NCBI RefSeq assembly: GCF_032444005.1
Contig: NC_091291.1
Span: 6,758,001 to 6,822,000 of the forward strand
Length of the DNA stretch: 64,000 nt
Direction of reading: 5' to 3'
Source of the DNA: Ranitomeya imitator
Taxonomy: Eukaryota
The notes beneath the pieces are model-generated. The model made no database searches and was not told the origin of the DNA. It saw only the letters and a list, made by a program, of their open reading frames with translations. The translations under genes were made by a program, and so were the position numbers. Below are positions 1-15,000 of this stretch, piece by piece. Every line of letters starts with the position of its first letter. Positions within the stretch are counted from its first letter, which is position 1.

Positions 1-3000
1 ATAGTCCATCATTAACCCGTTCCCAACCTACAATATAGTCCATCATTAACCCGTTCCCAACCTACAATATAGTCCATCATTAACCCGTTCCCCACCTGCA
101 ATATAGTCCATCATTAACCCGTTCCCCACCTGCAATATAGTCCATCATTAACCCGTTCCCCACCTGCAATATAGTCCATCATTAACCCGTTCCCTACCTA
201 CAATATAGTCCATCATTATCCCGTTCCTCACCTACAATATAGTCCATCATTAACCCATTCCCCACCTACAATATAGTCCATCATTAACCCGTTCCCCACC
301 TGCAATATAGTCCATCATTAACCCGTTCCCCACCTGCAATATAGTCCATCATTAACCCGCTCCCTACCTACAATATAGTCCATCATTATCCCGTTCCTCA
401 CCTACAATATAGTCCATCATTAACCCGTTCCCCACCTGCAATATAGTCCATCATTAACCCATTCCCTACCTGCAATATAGTCCACCATTAACCCGTTCCC
501 CACCTACAATAGTCCATCATTAACCCGTTCCCCACCTGCAATATAGTCCATCATTAACCCATTCCCTACCTGCAATATAGTCCACCATTAACCCGTTCCC
601 CACCTACAATAGTCCATCATTAACCCGTTCCCCACCTACAATATAGTCCATCATTAACCCGTTCCCCACCTGCAATATAGTCCATCATTAACCCGTTCCC
701 TATTTACAATATAGTCCATCATTAACCCATTCATCACCTACAATATAGTCCATCATTAACCCATTCCCCACCTGCAATATAGTCCACCATTAACCCGTTC
801 CCCACCTGCAATATAGTCCATCATTAACCCGTTCCCTACCAACAATATAGTCCACCATTAACCCGTTCCCCACCTACAATATAGTCCATCATTAACCCGT
901 TCCCCACCTGCAATACAGTCCATCATTAACCCGTTCCCTACCTGCAATATAGTCCATCATTAACCCATTCCCTACCAACAATATAGTCCATCATTAACCG
1001 GTTCCCCACCTTCAATATAGTCCAACATTAACCCTTTCCCCACCTGCAATATAGTCCATCATTAACCAGTTCCCCACCTGCAATACAGTCCATCATTAAC
1101 CCATTCCCTACCAACAATCTAGTCCATCATTAACCCTTTCCCCACCTGCAATATAGTCCATCATTAACCCGTTCCCCACCTGCAATATAGTCCATCATTA
1201 ACCCGTTCCTCACCTACAATATAGTCCATCATTAACCCGTTCCCCACCTGCAATATAGTCCATCATTAACCCGTTCCCAACCTACAATATAGTCCATCAT
1301 TAACCCGTTCCCAACCTACAATATAGTCCATCATTAACCCGTTCCCCACCTGCAATATAGTCCATCATTAACCCGTTCCCCACCTGCAATATAGTCCATC
1401 ATTAACCCATTCCCCACCTGCAATATAGTCCATCATTATCCCGTTCCTCACCTACAATATAGTCCATCATTAACCCATTCCCCACCTACAATATAGTCCA
1501 TCATTAACCCGTTCCCCACCTGCAATATAGTCCATCATTATCCCGTTCCCAACCTACAATATAGTCCATCATTAACCCGTTCCCCACCTGCAATATAGTC
1601 CATCATTAACCCATTCCCTACCTGCAATATAGTCCACCATTAACCCGTTCCCCACCTACAATAGTCCATCATTAACCCGTTCCCCACCTACAATATAGTC
1701 CATCATTAACCCGTTCCCCACCTGCAATATAGTCCATCATTAACCCGTTCCCTATTTACAATATAGTCCATCATTAACCCATTCATCACCTACAATATAG
1801 TCCATCATTAACCCATTCCCCACCTGCAATATAGTCCACCATTAACCCGTTCCCCACCTGCAATATAGTCCATCATTAACCCGTTCCCTACCAACAATAT
1901 AGTCCACCATTAACCCGTTCCCCACCTACAATATAGTCCATCATTAACCCGTTCCCCACCTGCAATACAGTCCATCATTATCCCGTTCCCAACCTACAAT
2001 ATAGTCCATCATTAACCCATTCCCTACCAACAATATAGTCCATCATTAACCGGTTCCCCACCTTCAATATAGTCCAACATTAACCCTTTCCCCACCTGCA
2101 ATATAGTCCATCATTAACCAGTTCCCCACCTGCAATACAGTCCATCATTAACCCATTCCCTACCAACAATCTAGTCCATCATTAACCCTTTCCCCACCTG
2201 CAATATAGTCCATCATTAACCCGTTCCTCACCTACAATATAGTCCATCATTAACCAGTTCCCCACCTACAATATAGTCTATCATTAACCCATTCCCCACC
2301 TGCAATAGTCCATCATTAACCCGTTCCCTACCTACAATACAGTCCATCATTAACCCGTTCCTCACATACAATATAGTCCATCATTAACCCGTTCCCCACC
2401 TACAATATAGTCCATCATTAACCCGTTCCCTACCTACAATATAGTCCATCATTAACCCGTTCCTCACCTACAATATAGTCCATCATTAACCCGTTCCCCA
2501 CCTGCAATATAGTCCATCATTAACCCGTTCCCCACCTGCAATATAGTCCATCATTAACCCGTTCCCCACCTGCAATATAGTCCATCATTAACCCGTTCCC
2601 AACCTACAATATAGTCCATCATTAACCCGTTCCCCACCTGCAATATAGTCCATCATTAACCCGTTCCCAACCTACAATATAGTCCATCATTAACCCGTTC
2701 CCCACATGCAATATAGTCCATCATTAACCCGTTCCCTACCAACAATATAGTCCATCATTAACCCGTTCCTCACCTACAATATAGTCCATCATTAACCCGT
2801 TCCCCACCTGCAATATAGTCCATCATTAACCCGTTCCCCACCTGCAATATAGTCCATCATTAACCCATTCCCCACCTACAATATAGTCCATCATTAACCC
2901 GTTCCCCACCTACAATATAGTCCATCATTAACCCGTTCCCCACCTGCAATATAGTCCATCATTAACCCGTTCCCAACCTACAATATAGTCCATCATTAAC

Positions 3001-6000
3001 CCGTTCCCCACCTGCAATATAGTCCATCATTAACCCATTCCCTACCTGCAATATAGTCCACCATTAACCCGTTCCCCACCTGCAATATAGTCCATCATTA
3101 ACCCGTTCCCTACCAACAATATAGTCCATCATTAACCGGTTCCCCACCTGCAATATAGTCCATCATTAACCCGTTCCCCACCTTCAATATAGTCCATCAT
3201 TAACCCGTTCCCCACCTGCAATACAGTCCATCATTAACCCATTCCCTACCAACAATCTACTCCATCATTAACCCTTTCCCCACCTGCAATATAGTCCATC
3301 ATTAACCAGTTCCCCACCTACAATATAGTCTATCATTAACCGGTTCCCCACCTGCAATATAGTCCATCATTAACCCGTTCCCCACCTTCAATATAGTCCA
3401 TCATTAACCCGTTCCCCACCTGCAATACAGTCCATCATTAACCCATTCCCTACCAACAATCTACTCCATCATTAACCCTTTCCCCACCTGCAATATAGTC
3501 CATCATTAACCAGTTCCCCACCTACAATATAGTCCATCATTAACCCGTTCCTCACCTACAATATAGTCCATCATTAACCCGTTCCCTACCAACAATCTAG
3601 TCCATCATTAACCCGTTCCCCACCTGCAATATAGTCCATCATTAACCCGTTCCCCACCTACAATATAGTCCATCATTAACCCATTCCCTACCTGCAGTAT
3701 AGTCCATCATTAACCCGTTCCCCACCTACAATATAGTCCATCATTAACCCATTCCCTACCTACAATATAGTCCATCATTAACCTGTTCCCCACCTACAAT
3801 ATAGTCCATCATTAACCCATTCCCTACCTACAATATAGTCCATCATTAACCCATTCCCAACCTACAATATAGTCCATCATTAACCCGTTCCCAACCTACA
3901 ATATAGTCCATCATTAACCCGTTCCCAACCTACAATATAATCCATCATTAACCCGTTCCTCACCTACAATATAGTCCATCATTAACCCGTTCCCAACCTA
4001 CAATATAGTCCATCATTAACCCGTTCCCAACCTACAATATAGTCCATCATTAACCCGTTCCTCACCTACAATATAGTCCATCATTAACCCGTTCCCAACC
4101 TACAATATAGTCCATCATTATCCCGTTCCCCACCTACAATATAGTCCATCATTAACCCGCTCCCCACCTACAATATAGTCCATCATTAGCCCGTTCCCCA
4201 CCTACAATATAGTCCATCATTAACCCATTCATCACCTACAATATAGTCCATCATTAACCCGTTCCCCACCTACAATATAGTCCATCATTAGCCCGTTCCC
4301 CACCTACAGTATAGTCCATCATTAACCCGTTCCCAACCTACAATATAGTCCATCATTAACCCGTTCCTCACCTACAATATAGTCCATCATTATCCCGTTC
4401 CCCACCTACAATATAGTCCATCATTAACCCGTTCCTCACCTACAATATAGTCCATCATTATCCCGTTCCCCACCTACAATATAGTCCATCATTAACCCGT
4501 TCCCTACCTACAATATAGTCCATCATTAACCCGTTCCTCACCTACAATATAGTCCATCATTAACCCGTTCCCAACCTACAATATAGTCCATCATTAACCC
4601 GTTCCCCACCTACAATATAGTCCATCATTAACCCATTCATCACCTACAATATAGTCCATCATTAACCCGTTCCCAACCTACAATATAGTCCATCATTAAC
4701 CCGTTCCCAACCTACAATATAATCCATCATTAACCCGTTCCTCACCTACAATATAGTCCATCATTAACCCGCTCCCCACCTACAATATAGTCCATCATTA
4801 TCCCGTTCCCCACCTACAATATAGTCCATCATTAACCCATTCATCACCTACAATATAGTCCATCATTAACCCGCTCCCCACCTACAATATAGTCCATCAT
4901 TAACCCGTTCCTCACCTACAATATAGTCCATCATTAACCCTTTCCCCACCTACAATATAGTCCATCATTAACCCATTCATCACCTACAATATAGTCCATC
5001 ATTAACCCGTTCCCCACCTACAATATAGTCCATCATTAACCCGTTCCCCACCTGCAATATAGTCCATCATTAACCCGTTCCCCACCTGCAATATAGTCCA
5101 TCATTAACCCGTTCCCCACCTACAATATAGTCCATCATTAACCCGTTCCCCACCTGCAATACAGTCCATCATTAACCCGTTCCCCACCTACAATATAGTC
5201 CATCATTATCCCGTTCCCCACCTACAATATAGTCCATCATTAACCCGTTCCCTACCTACAATATAGTCCATCATTAACCCGTTCCTCACCTACAATATAG
5301 TCCATCATTAACCCGTTCCCAACCTACAATATAGTCCATCATTAACCCGTTCCCCACCTACAATATAGTCCATCATTAACCCGTTCCCAACCTACAATAT
5401 AGTCCATCATTAACCCATTCCCTACCTGCAATATAGTCCATCATTAACCCATTCCCCACCTACAATATAGTCCATCATTAACCCATTCATCACCTACAAT
5501 ATAGTCCATCATTTAACCCGTTCCCCACCTACAATATAGTCCATCATTAACCCGTTCCCAACCTACAATATATTCCATCATTAACCCGTTCCTCACCTAC
5601 AATATAGTCCATCATTAACCCATTTCCTACCTACAATATAGTCCATCATTAACCCGTTCCCTACCTACAATATAGTCCATCATTAACCCGTTCCCAACCT
5701 ACAATATATTCCATCATTAACCCGTTCCTCACCTACAATATAGTCCATCATTAACCCATTTCCTACCTACAATATAGTCCATCATTAACCCGTTCCTCAC
5801 CTACAATATATTCCATCATTAACCCGTTCCCCACCTACAATATAGTCCATCATTAACCCGTTCCCCACCTACAATATAGTCCATCATTAACTCATTCATC
5901 ACCTACAATATAGTCCATCATTAACCCGTTCCCCACCTACAATATAGTCCATCATTAACCGGTTCCCCACCTGCAATACAGTCCATTATTAACCCATTCC

Positions 6001-9000
6001 CTACCAACAATATAGTCCATCATTAACCCGTTCCCTACCTACAATATAGTCCATCATTAACCCATTCATCACCTACAATATAGTCCATCATTAACCCGTT
6101 CCCAACCTACAATATAGTCCATCATTAACCCATTCATCACCTACAATATAGTCCATCATTAAACCGTTCCCAACCTACAATATAGTCCATCATTAACCCG
6201 TTCCCTACCTACAATATAGTCCATCATTAACCCATTCATCACCTACAATATAGTCCATCATTAACCCGTTCCCAACCTACAATATAGTCCATCATTAACC
6301 CATTCATCACCTACAATATAGTCCATCATTAACCCGTTCCCAACCTACAATATAGTCCATCATTAACCCGTTCCTCACCTACAATATAGTCCATCATTAA
6401 CCCTTTCCCCACCTACAATATAGTCCATCATTAACCCATTCATCACCTACAATATAGTCCATCATTAACCCGTTCCCCACCTACAATATAGTCCATCATT
6501 AACCCGTTCCCCACCTGCAATATAGTCCATCATTAACCCGTTCCCCACCTGCAATATAGTCCATCATTAACCCGTTCCCCACCTACAATATAGTCCATCA
6601 TTAACCCGTTCCCCACCTGCAATACAGTCCATCATTAACCCGTTCCCCACCTACAATATAGTCCATCATTATCCCGTTCCCCACCTACAATATAGTCCAT
6701 CATTAACCCGTTCCCTACCTACAATATAGTCCATCATTAACCCGTTCCTCACCTACAATATAGTCCATCATTAACCCGTTCCCAACCTACAATATAGTCC
6801 ATCATTAACCCGTTCCCCACCTACAATATAGTCCATCATTAACCCGTTCCCAACCTACAATATAGTCCATCATTAACCCATTCCCTACCTGCAATATAGT
6901 CCATCATTAACCCATTCCCCACCTACAATATAGTCCATCATTAACCCATTCATCACCTACAATATAGTCCATCATTTAACCCGTTCCCCACCTACAATAT
7001 AGTCCATCATTAACCCGTTCCCAACCTACAATATAGTCCATCATTAACCCATTCCCTACCTGCAATATAGTCCATCATTAACCCATTCCCCACCTACAAT
7101 ATAGTCCATCATTAACCCATTCATCACCTACAATATAGTCCATCATTTAACCCGTTCCCCACCTACAATATAGTCCATCATTAACCCGTTCCTCACCTAC
7201 AATATAGTCCATCATTAACCCATTTCCTACCTACAATATAGTCCATCATTAACCCGTTCCCAACCTACAATATATTCCATCATTAACCCGTTCCCCACCT
7301 ACAATATAGTCCATCATTAACCCGTTCCCCACCTACAATATAGTCCATCATTAACTCATTCATCACCTACAATATAGTCCATCATTAACCCGTTCCCCAC
7401 CTACAATATAGTCCATCATTAACCGGTTCCCCACCTGCAATACAGTCCATTATTAACCCATTCCCTACCAACAATATAGTCCATCATTAACCCGTTCCCT
7501 ACCTACAATATAGTCCATCATTAACCCATTCATCACCTACAATATAGTCCATCATTAACCCGTTCCCAACCTACAATATAGTCCATCATTAACCCATTCA
7601 TCACCTACAATATAGTCCATCATTAAACCGTTCCCCACCTACAATATAGTCCATCATTAACCCATTCATCACCTACAATATAGTCCATCATTAACCCGTT
7701 CCCCACCTACAAAATAGTCCATCATTAACCCGTTCCCCACCTACAATATAGTCCATCATTAACCCGTTCCCCACCTACAATATAGTCCATCATTAACCCA
7801 TTCATCACCTACAATATAGTCCATCATTAACCCGTTCCCCACCTACAATATAGTCCATCATTAACCCTTTCATCACCTACAATATAGTCCATCATTTAAC
7901 CCGTTCCCCACCTACAATATAGTCCATCATTAACCCGTTCCCCACCTACAATATAGTCCATCATTAACCCATTCATCACCTACAATATAGTCCATCATTT
8001 AACTCGTTCCCCACCTACAATATAGTCCATCATTAACCCGTTCCCCACCTACAATATAGTCCATCATTAACCCGTTCCCCACCTACAATATAGTCCATCA
8101 TTAACCCGTTCCCCACCTACAATATAGTCCATCATTTAACTCGTTCCTCACCTGCAATATAGTCCATCATTAACCCTTTCCCCACTTACAATATAGTCCA
8201 TCATTAACCCATTCATCACCTACAATATATTCCATCATTAACCCGTTCCCTACCTACAATATAGTCCATCATTAACCCGTTCCCTACCTACAATATAGTC
8301 CATCATTAACCCTTTCCCCACCTACAATATAGTCCATCATTAACCCGTTCCCCGCCTGCAATATAGTCCATCATTAACCCGTTCCCCACCTGCAATACAG
8401 TCCATTATTAACCCATTCCCTACCAACAATATAGTCCATCATTAACCCTTTCCCCACCTGCAATATAGTCCATCATTAACCCGTTCCCCACCTACAATAT
8501 AGTCCATCATTAACCCGCTCCCTACCTACAATATAGTCCATCATTAACCCATTCATCACCTACAATATAGTCCATCATTAACCCATTCCCTACCTACAAT
8601 ATAGTCCATCATTAACCCGTTCCCTACCTACAATATAGTCCATCATTAACCCTTTCCCCACCTACAATATAGTCCATCATTAACCCGTTCCCCGCCTGCA
8701 ATATAGTCCATCATTAACCCGTTCCCCACCTGCAATACAGTCCATTATTAACCCATTCCCTACCAACAATATAGTCCATCATTAACCCTTTCCCCACCTG
8801 CAATATAGTCCATCATTAACCCGTTCCCCACCTACAATATAGTCCATCATTAACCCGTTCCCTACCTACAATATAGTCCATCATTAACCCATTCATCACC
8901 TACAATATAGTCCATCATTAACCCGTTCCCTACCTACAATATAGTCCATCATTAACCCGCTCCTCACCTACAATATAGTCCATCATTAACCCGTTCCCCA

Positions 9001-12000
9001 CCTACAATATAGTCCATCATTAACCCGTTCCCCACCTACAATATAGTCCATCATTAACCCATTCCCCACCTACAATATAGTCCATCATTAACCCGTTCCC
9101 CACCTACAATATAGTCCATCATTAACCCGTTCCCCACCTACAATATAGTCCATCATTAACCCGTTCCCCACCTGCAATATAGTCCATCATTAACCCGTTC
9201 CCCACCTGCAATATAGTCCATCATTAACCCGTTCCCCACCTACAATATAGTCCATCATTAACCCGTTCCCCACCTGCAATACAGTCCATCATTAACCCGT
9301 TCCCCACCTACAATATAGTCCATCATTATCCCGTTCCCCACCTACAATATAGTCCATCATTAACCCGTTCCCTACCTACAATATAGTCCATCATTAACCC
9401 GTTCCTCACCTACAATATAGTCCATCATTAACCCGTTCCCAACCTACAATATAGTCCATCATTAACCCGTTCCCAACCTACAATATAGTCCATCATTAAC
9501 CCATTCCCTACCTGCAATATAGTCCATCATTAACCCATTCCCCACCTACAATATAGTCCATCATTAACCCATTCATCACCTACAATATAGTCCATCATTT
9601 AACCCGTTCCCCACCTACAATATAGTCCATCATTAACCCGTTCCCAACCTACAATATATTCCATCATTAACCCGTTCCTCACCTACAATATAGTCCATCA
9701 TTAACCCATTTCCTACCTACAATATAGTCCATCATTAACCCGTTCCCAACCTACAATATATTCCATCATTAACCCGTTCCCCACCTACAATATAGTCCAT
9801 CATTAACCCGTTCCCCACCTACAATATAGTCCATCATTAACTCATTCATCACCTACAATATAGTCCATCATTAACCCGTTCCCCACCTACAATATAGTCC
9901 ATCATTAACCGGTTCCCCACCTGCAATACAGTCCATTATTAACCCATTCCCTACCAACAATATAGTCCATCATTAACCCGTTCCCTACCTACAATATAGT
10001 CCATCATTAACCCATTCATCACCTACAATATAGTCCATCATTAACCCGTTCCCAACCTACAATATAGTCCATCATTAACCCATTCATCACCTACAATATA
10101 GTCCATCATTAAACCGTTCCCCACCTACAATATAGTCCATCATTAACCCATTCATCACCTACAATATAGTCCATCATTAACCCGTTCCCCACCTACAAAA
10201 TAGTCCATCATTAACCCGTTCCCCACCTACAATATAGTCCATCATTAACCCGTTCCCCACCTACAATATAGTCCATCATTAACCCATTCATCACCTACAA
10301 TATAGTCCATCATTTAACTCGTTCCCCACCTACAATATAGTCCATCATTAACCCGTTCCCCACCTACAATATAGTCCATCATTAACCCATTCATCACCTA
10401 CAATATAGTCCATCATTAACCCGTTCCCCACCTACAATATAGTCCATCATTAACCCGTTCATCACCTACAATATAGTCCATCATTTAACCCGTTCCCCAC
10501 CTACAATATAGTCCATCATTAACCCGTTCCCCACCTACAATATAGTCCATCATTAACCCGTTCCCCACCTACAATATAGTCCATCATTTAACTCGTTCCT
10601 CACCTGCAATATAGTCCATCATTAACCCTTTCCCCACTTACAATATAGTCCATCATTAACCCATTCATCACCTACAATATATTCCATCATTAACCCGTTC
10701 CCTACCTACAATATAGTCCATCATTAACCCGTTCCCTACCTACAATATAGTCCATCATTAACCCTTTCCCCACCTACAATATAGTCCATCATTAACCCGT
10801 TCCCCGCCTGCAATATAGTCCATCATTAACCCGTTCCCCACCTGCAATACAGTCCATTATTAACCCATTCCCTACCAACAATATAGTCCATCATTAACCC
10901 TTTCCCCACCTGCAATATAGTCCATCATTAACCCGTTCCCCACCTACAATATAGTCCATCATTAACCCGCTCCCTACCTACAATATAGTCCATCATTAAC
11001 CCATTCATCACCTACAATATAGTCCATCATTAACCCATTCCCTACCTACAATATAGTCCATCATTAACCCGTTCCCTACCTACAATATAGTCCATCATTA
11101 ACCCTTTCCCCACCTACAATATAGTCCATCATTAACCCGTTCCCCGCCTGCAATATAGTCCATCATTAACCCGTTCCCCACCTGCAATACAGTCCATTAT
11201 TAACCCATTCCCTACCAACAATATAGTCCATCATTAACCCTTTCCCCACCTGCAATATAGTCCATCATTAACCCGTTCCCCACCTACAATATAGTCCATC
11301 ATTAACCCGTTCCCTACCTACAATATAGTCCATCATTAACCCATTCATCACCTACAATATAGTCCATCATTAACCCGTTCCCTACCTACAATATAGTCCA
11401 TCATTAACCCGCTCCTCACCTACAATATAGTCCATCATTAACCCGTTCCCCACCTACAATATAGTCCATCATTAACCCGTTCCCCACCTACAATATAGTC
11501 CATCATTAACCCATTCCCCACCTACAATATAGTCCATCATTAACCCGTTCCCCACCTACAATATAGTCCATCATTAACCCGTTCCCCACCTACAATATAG
11601 TCCATCATTAACCCGTTCCCCACCTACAATATAGTCCATCATTAACCCGTTCCCCACCTACAATATAGTCCATCATTAACCCGTTCCCCACTTACAATAT
11701 AGTCCATCATTAACCCGTTCCCCACCTACAATATAGTCCATCATTAACCCGTTCCTCACCTACAATATAGTCCATCATTAACCCGTTCCCCACCTACAAT
11801 ATAGTCCACCATTAACCCGTTCCTCACCTACAATATAGTCCATCATTAACCCATTCATCACCTACAATATAGTCCATCATTTAACCCGTTCCCTACCTGC
11901 AATATAGTCCATCATTAACCCGTTCCCCACCTACAATATAGTCCACCATTAACCCGTTCCTCACCTACAATATAGTCCATCATTAACCCGTTCCTCACCT

Positions 12001-15000
12001 ACAATATAGTCCATCATTTAACCCGTTCCCTACCTGCATTATAGTCCACCATTAACCCGTTCCCCACCTGCAATATAGTCCATTATTAACCCGTTCCCCA
12101 CCTACAAAATAGTCCATCATTAACCCGTTCCCCACCTGCAATATAGTCCATCATTAACCCGTTCCCTACCTACAAAATAGTCCATCATTAACCCGTTCCC
12201 TACCTGCATTATAGTCCACCATTAACCCGTTCCCCACCTGCAATATAGTCCATCATTAACCCGTTCCCCACCTACAAAATAGTCCATCATTAACCCGTTC
12301 CCTACCTGCATTATAGTCCATCATTAACCCGTTCCCCACCTGCAATATAGTCCATCATTAACCCGTTCCTCACCTACAATATAGTCCATCATTAACCCGT
12401 TCCCCACCTACAATATAGTCCATCATTAACCCGTTCCCTACCTGCAATATAGTCCATCATTAACCCGTTCCTCACCTGCAATATAGTCCATCATTAACCC
12501 GTTCCCCACCTACAAAATAGTCCATCATTAACCCGTTCCCTACCTGCATTATAGTCCATCATTAACCCATTCCCAACCTACAATATAGTCCATCATTTAA
12601 CTCGTTCCTCACCTACAATATAGTCCATCATTAACCCATTCCCAACCTACAATATAGTCCATCATTAACCCATTCCCAACCTACAATATAGTCCATCATT
12701 AACCCGTTCCCCACCTACAATATAGTCCATCATTAACCCATTCCCAACCTACAATATAGTCCATCATTAACCCGTTCCCAACCTACAATATAGTCCATCA
12801 TTTAACTCGTTCCTCACCTACAATATAGTCCATCATTAACCCGTTCCCAACCTACAATATAGTCCATCATTTAACTCGTTCCTCACCTACAATAGTCCAT
12901 CATTAACCCATTCATCACCTACAATATAGTCCATCATTAACCCGTTCCCAACCTACAATATAGTCCATCATTTAACTCGTTCCTCACCTACAATATAGTC
13001 CATCATTAACCCGTTCCTCACCTACAATATAATCCATCATTAACCCGTTCCCAACCTACAATATAGTCCATCATTTAACTCGTTCCTCACCTACAATATA
13101 GTCCATCATTAACCCATTCATCACCTACAATATAGTCCATCATTAACCCGTTCCCAACCTACAATATAGTCCATCATTAACCCATTCATCACCTACAATA
13201 TAGTCCATCATTAACCCGTTCCCCACCTACAAAATAGTCCATCATTAACCCGTTCCCCACCTACAATACAGTCCATCATTAACCCTTTCCCCACCTACAA
13301 TATAGTCCATCATTAACCCATTCCCCACCTACAATATAGTCCATCATTTAACTCGTTCCTCACCTACAATACAGTCCATCATTAACCCTTTCCCCACCTA
13401 CAATATAGTCCATCATTAACCCGTTCCCAACCTACAATATAGTCCATCATTAACCCGTTCCCAACCTACAATATAGTCCATCATTAACCCATTCATCACC
13501 TACAATATAGTCCATCATTAACCCGTTCCCAACCTACAATATAGTCCATCATTAACCCATTCATCACCTACAAAATAGTCCATCATTAACCCGTTCCCTA
13601 CCTGCAATATAATCCGTCATTAACCCATTCATCACCTACAATATAGTCCATCATTAACCCATTCCCCACCTGCAATATAGTCCATCATTAACCCGTTCCT
13701 CACCTACAATATAGTCCATCATTAACCCATTCCCCACCTGCAATATAGTCCATCATTAACCCGTTCCTCACCTACAATATAGTCCATCATTAACCCATTC
13801 CCCACCTGCAATATAGTCCATCATTTAACTCGTTCCTCACCTACAATATAGTCCATCATTAACCCATTCATCACCTACAATATAGTCCATCATTAACCCT
13901 TTCCCAACCTACAATATAGTCCATCATTAACCCGTTCCTCACCTACAATATAGTCCATCATTAACCCGTTCCCAACCTACAATATAGTCCATCATTTAAC
14001 TCGTACCTCACCTACAATATAGTCCATCATTAACCCATTCATCACCTACAATATAGTCCATCATTAACCCGTTCCCAACCTACAATATAGTCCATCATTA
14101 ACCCATTCATCACCTACAATATAGTCCATCATTAACCCGTTCCCTACCTGCAATATAATCCGTCATTAACCCATTCATCACCTACAATATAGTCCATCAT
14201 TAACCCATTCCCCACCTGCAATATAGTCCATCATTAACCCGTTCCTCACCTACAATATAGTCCATCATTAACCCATTCCCCACCTGCAATATAGTCCATC
14301 ATTAACCCGTTCCCAACCTACAATATAGTTCATCATTAACCCGTTCCCTACCTACAATATAGTCCATCATTAACCCATTCATCACCTGCAATATAGTCCA
14401 TCATTAACCCTTTCCCCACCTGCAATATAATCCATCATTAACCCGTTCCTCACCTACAATATAGTCCATCATTAACCCGATCCCCACCTACAATATAGTT
14501 CATCATTAACCCGTTCCCCACCTGCAATATAGTCCATCATTAACCCGTTCCCCACCTACAATATAGTTCATCATTAACCCATTCCTCACCTACAATATAG
14601 TCCATCATTAACCCGTTCCCAACCTACAATATAGTCCATCATTAACCCATTCCCCACCTACAATATAGTCCATCATTAACCCGTTCCTCACCTACAATAC
14701 AGTCCATCATTAACCCGTTCCCAACCTACAATATAGTCCATCATTAACCCATTCATCACCTACAATATAGTCCATCATTAACCCATTCCCAACCTACAAT
14801 ATAGTCCATCATTAACCCATTCATCACCTACAATATAGTCCATCATTAACCCATTCATCACCTACAATATAGTCCATCATTAACCCATTCATCACCTACA
14901 ATATAGTCCATCATTAACCCGTTCCCAACCTACAATATAGTCCATCATTAACCCGTTCCCAACCTACAATATAGTCCATCATTAACCCATTCATCACCTA